From the human T2T-CHM13v2.0 reference genome, Homo sapiens: 64,000 nt of DNA. Positions 55,748-64,000 of this stretch are shown here, one piece after another. Location: NCBI RefSeq assembly GCF_009914755.1, contig NC_060925.1. The stretch is one strand, 5' to 3'. Position 1 is the first letter of the stretch. Each line of letters opens with the position of its first letter. Made by a program: the position numbers and the translations under genes. The notes below the pieces were generated by a model, which was given only the letters and a program-made list of their open reading frames with translations, had not been told where the DNA came from and made no database searches.

Positions 55748-58700
55748 TGAATTTAGTTGTTATTCAGTAATCCATATAATTTGGGAATGATTGTTCAAAT
55801 GGCACAGACTCTCACAGGGGTTCAATCTACCATTGTGTCAGTGTAGCAGATGAGATTTTTGTCAAGGGGCTTGCTGAAATCCAGGGTACCATATCTTTAG
55901 CATTTTCCTAGTCTGTTTGTCCAATAACCCTGTTTAAAAAAAGAAACAAGATTAGCTTGGATCGGTTTATTCCAAGAAATCTCATGCTAATTCCTAATAA
56001 TAAGAAACAATGCCAATAGTGATACTAATGGTCCTCACATTTGCTGAGTCCCAGCCTGTGCCAGGCACTGAGCTAAGCTTGTCCCATGCACTGTTTGATC
56101 ATCCTGCTTTCTCGTTGCTCACACACTGTGTACTGACCTACGGCTGAATTCTCCTGGGATTGACAATGAGCTTACTGGTTATCACTGTAGAGTCTTCTGT
56201 TTGGAATCAAGACATTTGCTCAGGTTTTAAGGCCTCTGTTTTTATCCCCAGTTTCTCACAAGCTGCTTGTTTGGATGTCTTATCAGTGCTGGATCTAAGT
56301 GAGCATTTAATTTGGAGCTGCAGGCTGGGTTCAAGTCTGGCTCTATGACAGCTTTTTATCAATGAGACCAACAGCAAATCACTCAACCTTGAGCTTTGGT
56401 CTTCTCCTCTTCCAAATGGAGATTATAATCCCTATGCAGAGTATTTCCACAGATGCTGAGATGCTCATACAGGAGAATGTTTGTGTAAAAGTGCTTCTCA
56501 GACTTCAGTTGCAGACACACTTGAGCCATTTTTGTTATTTAAAATGGTTAAGTGTTCCTACTAGTATTATCTCCTATCCAAGTTTCACTTTTAACAGAAT
56601 TTATCCTCCCCCTTTTAGATTTTTAAAAAATATTCATAAGACACTCAGAGGTATGACTGAATGTTGGTCACTAGACCCAGAAAGGGGTATACCTACCAGC
56701 TCTTGCCCACTGAGTTGTGCTTGAGGTGGAAGAAACAGAATTGCAGACTCCAGGAGGAAAAGGTATGCTTCTAGAGGTCTTTCATCTAGAGCGAATCTTT
56801 CCCACCTTCTCCTAATCAGCAGAAATCATTACAGGAACAAGACATATCGATCCTGGTCAGAGGGCACCATATACATAGAGTTCTGTTTTCTTCTTTTTCT
56901 TTCCACCCTCCCCCAGCCTCAGAAGGCTAATCCAGTGCCACCTGCGATTTCTTCTGATGTTACTGTGGAAGGGAGGGTTACATAAAGAGAATAACCAGGT
57001 TTTCTCCTGTGGCACCTGCAGCCCCATTTTCTCATTGGGAAAACCAAGGTATGAAGGAATAGGTTAGGACTTAATGGTGCATAAACTCAGAGCCAGCAGT
57101 CATTCTTCCATCCCTGGTCTTGGCATTTGGAAGATGAGATCCACTATGTTGTAAGCTCTAAGGGGCAGGAAATACAAGATGATGTATTTATGTAAATATA
57201 ATGTACTATGTTGTAATCATATGTGCATGCAGGAATGAATGACTGAATAAGTGAAGGGAGAATTCTTTTCTACCTGAACTGTGGCTCCTGCTAGTCTGAA
57301 AGGCATGCAGCCTTTCTTAAGCTTTATGAAGAGGAAGGCTAGAAAGAAGTTCAGAAAAGCTTCCCCCATCTTTATTCTTTAAACTCTATATAAAGGCATG
57401 AAATGTTCTGAGACTGACGAAAACATGGGCCTAGACCAGCAAATGATTTTGGAATAACAAAGATGAGCCTAGTTCTCTAGCTATTGTCACCTCCTTTGTT
57501 GTGCCAGTGGTGGTTACCATGTGTCCTCCTTCACTGGAGGATACAGCCAAAGTGAAGGATGCTGCAGTGTAAGGATGCAGGATGGGTTTTCTGGCTTCAA
57601 ATTCGTTATAGACTAGAGTAGCCCAGGGCATCTTCTTACTAGATGTCTTGCATCATGGCAGCAACACCCCTGGTCCCTCTGGGGTGGATGGGGTGCAGCA
57701 CACCTTGGTGAGGGGTTTACACTAAATACTGCTGACCCCAGGACAGCAATTTCTCATACATTTTTATTCCAAAGTATTCCTGAAAGGTACTTTTGCTTCC
57801 TCATGTTTCCACAACAACCCCCTCTAGAGCAAGGATATAAATAAGAAAGCAAAATTTCAGGCTCCCTTTACAATCACAGTAGCTGTTAACTGCTGAAAGG
57901 GACTCAGAGAGGGGCCCCTATGGGAGGGGGAGGCAGAGGGTGGAGCAGGCCAGCCTGTCTCCCTGGGTAGCACATCCCCAAAGAATCCTCTGAGCATTGA
58001 TCTTTGATTGTGCCCCTTCCGTGCTACCCAGCAGGACCTTCTCCCCTAAAGAAGGGTCACTTTATATTGAGGATCTCCTTCTTATATTGCATTTGCTTAG
58101 AGGGTGCATGGCCTCAGACCACATTTTGGGGCTGATGGGAAGAAGTTGGGGCAGGAGGGCACTGTGGTCATAATGAGGTCATGGACTGCTAAAGCTTCCA
58201 GTTCTGAGGGGCTCAGGTTTCTCAACAGAGTGAAGATCAAAGTGTGTTCAGTGTGGCTGCTGCTGCTGCTACAAAGAGGTGTGAAATGTGGGTTTGGAAA
58301 GAGAACCGAGGATAATTTGCTAGTTTATAGCCTTTCCTAGAGTTCACACAGAATTTTTAGTACTTTCTCTCCCTCCCTTTTTTGTAACTGTTTCAGAGAA
58401 GGTGTGAGATCAGCAGGCTGTGAACATCGTGCAGTGTGGGAAAGGGGAGCTGAGGCATGGGTCTCTGTCTCCTTGGCCCTGGGAGAAGGGATTTTGGTGG
58501 GAGCTGGGGGAGTGTTTGGGTGTCATCTTGGGGAGCATGTTGGGGAGTGTGTGGGATCAACATTCCCACCACCTTCCTCCCTGTCACCTGGGTGCTGGCT
58601 TCTGGAAGGCTCAGCCCTGCAGGTCCATAGCAGGACTTTCCTGGCTGTGCCGTACAAAGTACCTGACGATGAGATTGCTTGGAAGGGCATGGGGAGGAGC

Positions 58701-59769
58701 CAGTGACAGATGTGGTGGGATCCATAGAAAGGGCTGCTGTGGAGCCTCTGCGTATTACTCAGGAGCACCTACTGAGTTTTCTGTACAGCCTTTGTTTTGC
58801 CCTCTGGAAAATGCCACCAGGAGCTCTAACCTTACTGTGATCACCCTTTGCCATTCAGTGCCTGCCTCCATTCCATCTGACAGCTTTAGATATTTGAACA
58901 GTCCTCTTGCTGACAGCTGTGTGGAGCAGGAGTGTCCTGTTCGCATGCCAAGTACTCAGACTCTGGGAAGACAGAGATAATGAACTTCCTTTTCACCCCA
59001 GTGATTGCCTCCGAGTTCAGAACTCTGTGCCCTCGCATCAGGCTGTGGCTGAGCCTCCAACTTGCTTTGCTCCCTTGGCCCAGCATCTCTCCCCTTCCTG
59101 TCTACTTTCTCAACCACTGCTGGGAGACCTTCCTAAAGCATAGCTTTGCTCATGTTATCCGCTGGGCAGAAACCATCCATGGGTCTCAGTGCTCATGAGA
59201 GGAGGGGGCAGAGCTGGCTCAGCGGCACTCTGTGGGGAAAGGACTCGGGTTATGTTAAGAAAGTGAGATTGCTGCCAAAAGGGATCCCACCCTCTGGGCC
59301 TGCTGTGACTGGGATTCCAGGCCTTGAATAAGATTCAGACAGTCCCATTTTTAAATTCAGCTCTGGCTAGACTGCCTCTGCAGTGTTTTTGAAATGGGTG
59401 CTACCTTAGAAGAGCAAAAAGGAGTAGTCTCAGATACAATTGTCCAGAATAACTAGGGTTTAATCTAAAGAGTGAGTTACCAGGAAATGAGAGAAGGAGT
59501 GAGGACATAGGCCTGGAGAAGCGAATAATTCCAGAAGCAAGTGACATTTGTCTTGGAACACTTGAAGGGCAGTCTTGAAGCTACACTAAGAGAGGGTTAC
59601 TTTGTGTAGCTCCAAGTTCAGGGATGGGCTGTGCTGCCCTCACTGCAAGAGTTCATATAGATGCTGGGATGAGCTTCGCCCAGGAACACTGTGTTCCTGG
59701 AGTTTGGGCTTGATTTTCTAAGATCATATCCAACTTGAAGTTTATCAGTTCACCCTTTCCTGCCACATA

Positions 59770-61150
59770 CATTTATCGAGTACCTACTACATGCCAAGCA
59801 CCTTAGTTTGTGTTATACTGGAAAGGCAGCACAGGCTTTGCCCTCAGAGAACTCAGTCTAGTAGGGAAAAACAGATAAGAAAACTGAATTATAAGATAGA
59901 AGACTGAGGGAAAGGGTGGTTTGGGAAACCTTCCTGAAGCAAGTGCATGCTGAACAGTGTTGAGGAGGAGCAGTTTAAACCTAGCCAGGGTGAGGTGCAT
60001 GCGAGAGCCCTGAAATGTGAAAGCTGGGCACCTGCAGGAAACCAAAATTAGTTCAGGTGACTGGAGGGTGGCAGGCGGAGGCGTGGCAAGAGGCTGGAAG
60101 ACAAGGTGGAAGACAGATCATGACATTATTCTAAAGTCAGCATGGAAGGATTGGAGGATTTTAAATGAGAAGCTATAAGCCAGACTTGGATTTTAGAAAG
60201 ATCACTCTAGTAATGGTCTGGAGAGAAGAATACGGGAGGAAGGGGTAGGGAGGCAGAGAGAAACCAGTAGGTATTCTTGTGAAAAATTATGAGGACGTTG
60301 GCAGTAGGGATAGAGAAATGAAACTGTTAATAGAGAAAAAGCTATGGAGTTCCTACAAGACGGTCTTTTGGGAAAGACAGAAGAGGTGACATTTAAGTTG
60401 AGACCTGGAAGATGAGAATAAAACAGTCACGTGTAGATGTGAGACCAAGAGAGCTCCAAATTGAAGGACTAGCGAAGCCCTTGAAACAGAATTAAGCCTG
60501 GAGCATTCAAGAAACAGAGAAGGCTGTTGTGCCCAGATCACAGAGATCAGTGGAGACAGCCTGAATCTTGCAGGGCCTGGGAGAGGTTTGTTCCTGGGAA
60601 AGGTTTGGGCTGTTACTGCAAGTGTAATGAGAAGCTAGGGAGCTATAAGCAAATTGGTCTGACTTACACCCTAGAAATTTCACTCCACTGTGTAAAGAAT
60701 GGATTACACAGAATATGTGCAGGCTGGAGGCCTTGTAGGGAGCTGTTGGAGAGTGGAAATGCCCAGCAGGGTACCAGGTATGCAAGGAGAGAGGTCTGTC
60801 CTGGAGATAAAGACTGGGAGTCATTTGCATCCAAGTGATAGTTGGGCACTTCATTTCAGTAAGGCCTTTTAGGGAGTGAGTGTGGATTGAAAATAAAAGT
60901 GGGGAAAGGCAAGTATGAAACTTTAGGAAATGTGGCTTTTAAAGGGAAGTGGAGGAAGAGGAGTAGCCAAAGGAGAAAAGGATAACTCAGAAGGAAAGGG
61001 AGGAATTTCAAGGAGAGGGTACTAAACACTACAGAGTTATTATAAAGTGCTGCAATACAATACCGACAAGTACATCTTGAATTTGGAGACCTGCGGGCCG
61101 CTGATGCCCTGTAATGAGTCATTTTCACGGAGTGAGGAGGACAGCAGCCA
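59770..61150 (-). mobile_element. Long L2 fragment(s)
   Basis: atttatcgagtacctactacatgccaagcac...ttttagaaagatcactct...ggagataaagactgggagtcatt. Confidence 0.65.
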
Positions 61151-62056
61151 GGGGCAGCAGGCTGGGTAGGTAGAGGGTACAAATGTGCACCAGCTTCAGA
61201 AGCTGGACCAGGGAAGTGAGGAGGCTAAGGAGGGGCCACAGAGATGCAGGGAAGAGCTGTGTCAGAAGAGAGCACACAAAAAGTTGAGGAAACAGGAGAG
61301 GGGGTCATCACAGAGCTGCTGAAGGCGTGGGATGCAGAGCATCGACATTCTTCTGCAATGTGAGAAAAAGGGTCACCAGCTTTTAGGAGACTTCAGTCCA
61401 CATTGGTATTAGAAAGTTTTGATTGTTTAAAATAAGGATCTCTAATGATTATGGAAGAGCTATTTTTTTTTTCTGTATTTGTTGACCTTTAGTCATGTTT
61501 GAAGTTTAGCAATCAGAACATGTACTACAGCTCTTAATTTGAATGTAAACTCACCATCCAGGCCCACCTAGACAGGGTCACAAAGAGTTGCTTTTGTGAA
61601 GAGCTCTCAATATTTTTGCCAACTTCAGAAGGTTAGGAAGATACTGCAAACAACCTTGCTTTTTTTTTTAAGTTTTTTTTTTTGTGTGTGATTATAAGGA
61701 ATATATTTCCATTGGAAAAAAAAATCAAGAAAATACAGATAAGCATAAAGATAATACAGATAACTTGTAATTCCACTACCTAAAGACAATCACTGTTACC
61801 ATTTTGGTATATTTCCTTCTAGTCTTTTTTTTCCTTTTGAATGTATTTTACACTGTTGAATTAATATTTTAGATAAAATATTTTCCCTTTAAAGTTATAC
61901 TGCTTTTCCTCTTAAGACTATATGATGCCTTTTCCATTGTATTAAAAGTTCTGTAGAAATAACATTTAATAGCATTTAAAAGGCTGTGTAATATTCCATT
62001 GAGTGCACCATACTTTGCTCAACCATTCCCCTACTGTTAAAACACTAAAGACTTTC

Positions 62057-62700
62057 TGTGGAAAACCAGTATGGCAGTTCCTCAAAAAATTAAACATAAT
62101 ATGATTAACCATATAAACCAAATTGAACCATAAAAATTAAACCATATGATTCAGCAATTCCACTTCTGGGTATGTACCCAAAGGAATTGAAAGCAGGGAC
62201 TTGAACAGATTTGTACACCCATGTTCACAGCAGCATTATTCACAATAACCAAAAGGTTTCAGAAGCAACCCAAGTGTTCACTGATGGAGGAATGGATAAA
62301 CAAAATGTGGTCTGAACATACAATGGAACAGTATTCAGCCTTAGAAACGAAGGTAGGCCTGACACATGCTACAGCATGGATGAACCTTGGAAACATGATG
62401 CCAAGTGAAATAAGCCAGGCACAAAAGGACAAATACTATGTGATTCCACTCATATTAGGTACTTAGAGTGGTCAGATTCACAGGCAGAAAGCAGAAGATG
62501 GTTGCCAGGGGGCTAGCAGGAGGGGAGAGTTATTGTTTAATGGTACAGAGTTTCAGTTAGGGCAGATGAAAAAGTTCTGGAGATGAGTGGTAGTGATGGT
62601 TGTACAACAATAGGAATGTACTTAATGCCGCAGAACTCTACACTAAAAATGGTTTAAAATGGCAAATTTCATGTTATGTATAGTTTACCACAATTAAAAA
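62057..62700 (+). mobile_element. L1MB-type 3' fragment
   Basis: ggcagttcctcaaaaaattaaac...cagcaattccacttctggg...tggataaacaaaatgtgg...accacaattaaaaa. Confidence 0.88.
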
Positions 62701-62714
62701 TCTTAATACTGACA

Positions 62715-63530
62715 TTTTTTTGAAGTTGGGTTTATTGGGGTATAATTTGCATTTAGCAAAATCCATTCTTCTTAGATATACAACTCTGTGTTTTGACAAA
62801 TGTATATAGTTGGCTAACTACTACCATAATCAAGATATAGAATATTTCTATCACCCCCCAAATTCCTTCCAGCCTCTTTCTAGTTAATCTTTTCTCTTCA
62901 TCCTCAGCCTCTAGTAACTGCTGATTTTTTGTTCTTATAGTTTTGCCTTTTCTAGAATGTCATAAATGGGATGAGGAGTCTACAGCCTTTTTGGCTTCTT
63001 GCACTTTGCATAATGCTTTTGAGATTCATCCATGTTGCTGCATATATCTGTAGTTCATTTCTCTTTATTTCTGCCTAGTATTCAGTTGTATGGATGATCA
63101 CAATTTGTTTATTCACCAATCGAGGGACATTTCAGTTGTTTTCAGTTTGGGGCAATTATGAATGTAGCTGTGATAAATAACTATTCATTGCTGGGTCAAA
63201 TGGTAAGTATATGTATAACTCTGTAAGGAGCTGCCAAACTGTTTTCCAAAATGGGTGTATTATTTTGCATTCCCGTCAGCAATATATGAGAGTTACAGTT
63301 GCTCCACGTTCTAAGCAGCATTTAATATTATCAGGCTTTTTATTGTTTTGGTTTGGTTTGTTTTTAGCCTTCTAATAAGTGTGTAGTAATAACTATTGTG
63401 GTTTTAATTTGCATTTCTCTAATGATTAATAATGTCCCATCTTTTCATGTGCTTATTTATTCTCCTTATCTCTCATTGCTGAAGTGACCTGTTCACTTCT
63501 TTTGGCCATTTTTTAATTAGGTTGCTTGTT
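62715..63530 (-). mobile_element. L1MC/L1MB-type 3' fragment
   Basis: ttttgacaaatgtata...caagatatagaatattt...gagattcatccatgttg...gccaaactgttttccaaa...ttgcatttctctaatg. Confidence 0.85.
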
Positions 63531-64000
63531 TTATTATTTAGTTGTAGATGATTTTTAAATTTTTTGCTATTATAGATAATGCTTCAGTGAACAACATTGT
63601 ATGTGAAAATATTGCCCTCACTTTGGGTCTATACTTATAATAATTTCCTAAAGCTACTAAATCAAAGAGAGTGAACATCTTCACCATCCTTATATGCCCA
63701 TAGTCCAACAGCTCTTCAAAACCATTGCACCAATTCACTGTCCTACTGGTGGCAGTTTAATAGGCATGACAGGCCATTGTGTTGTCTTAATTGGAATTTG
63801 TTTGATTATAATGCTATGGAACTTTTTTTCATATGATTATTAAACAGTCTGTGTTTCTTCTTTTGTGAGTCATCATCCCTTGCCTTTTTTGATACTGGAT
63901 TGACATAGAAATTTGCCATGGCTGTATCTCTACAGGATTAGTTCTACAGTATGTGATGCTCCATGCCAGGATCAGCAGTTTACAGTATTTTCATAAAATC

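Noticed and set aside
58393-59198. Cluster of overlapping ORFs up to 186 aa
   Set aside because: No recognisable domain or channel similarity and no convincing splice-site pair; expected by chance in GC-richer sequence.

Overview
Primate, very probably human, genomic DNA (AluJ/S/Y, THE1, L1PA) from inside CACNA1E, which encodes the Cav2.3 R-type voltage-gated calcium channel alpha-1E subunit, on the + strand. Only two coding exons are present: 11897-12002 (106 nt, IS1 and the IS1-S2 loop) and 12791-12930 (140 nt, IS2-IS3). These are usually numbered exons 2 and 3. The intron before the first exon ends in a minor-spliceosome (U12) signature: TTCCTTAAC branch site, no polypyrimidine-AG acceptor, terminal AC. 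It is at least 11.9 kb long. The remaining 51 kb is one GT-AG-type intron with no next exon in the window. It contains 5 of the window's 7 Alus, a full-length THE1A MaLR provirus, solo LTRs, L1/L2/L3/MIR fragments and hAT/Tigger DNA transposons. The other ORFs in the track are chance ORFs or repeat-derived. I see no new gene or prokaryote-style system. The best second-look items are: the long AT-AC intron and the mixed U12/U2 exon; an old ~0.9 kb inversion revealed by a split hAT transposase fossil; an internally deleted L1PA with an inverted templated filler and a possible 3' transduction; DUX4-motif LTRs oriented with the gene; and several local duplications and motif clusters that may be enhancers. 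Repeat subfamily names come from recalled consensus sequences, and boundaries of old repeats are approximate.
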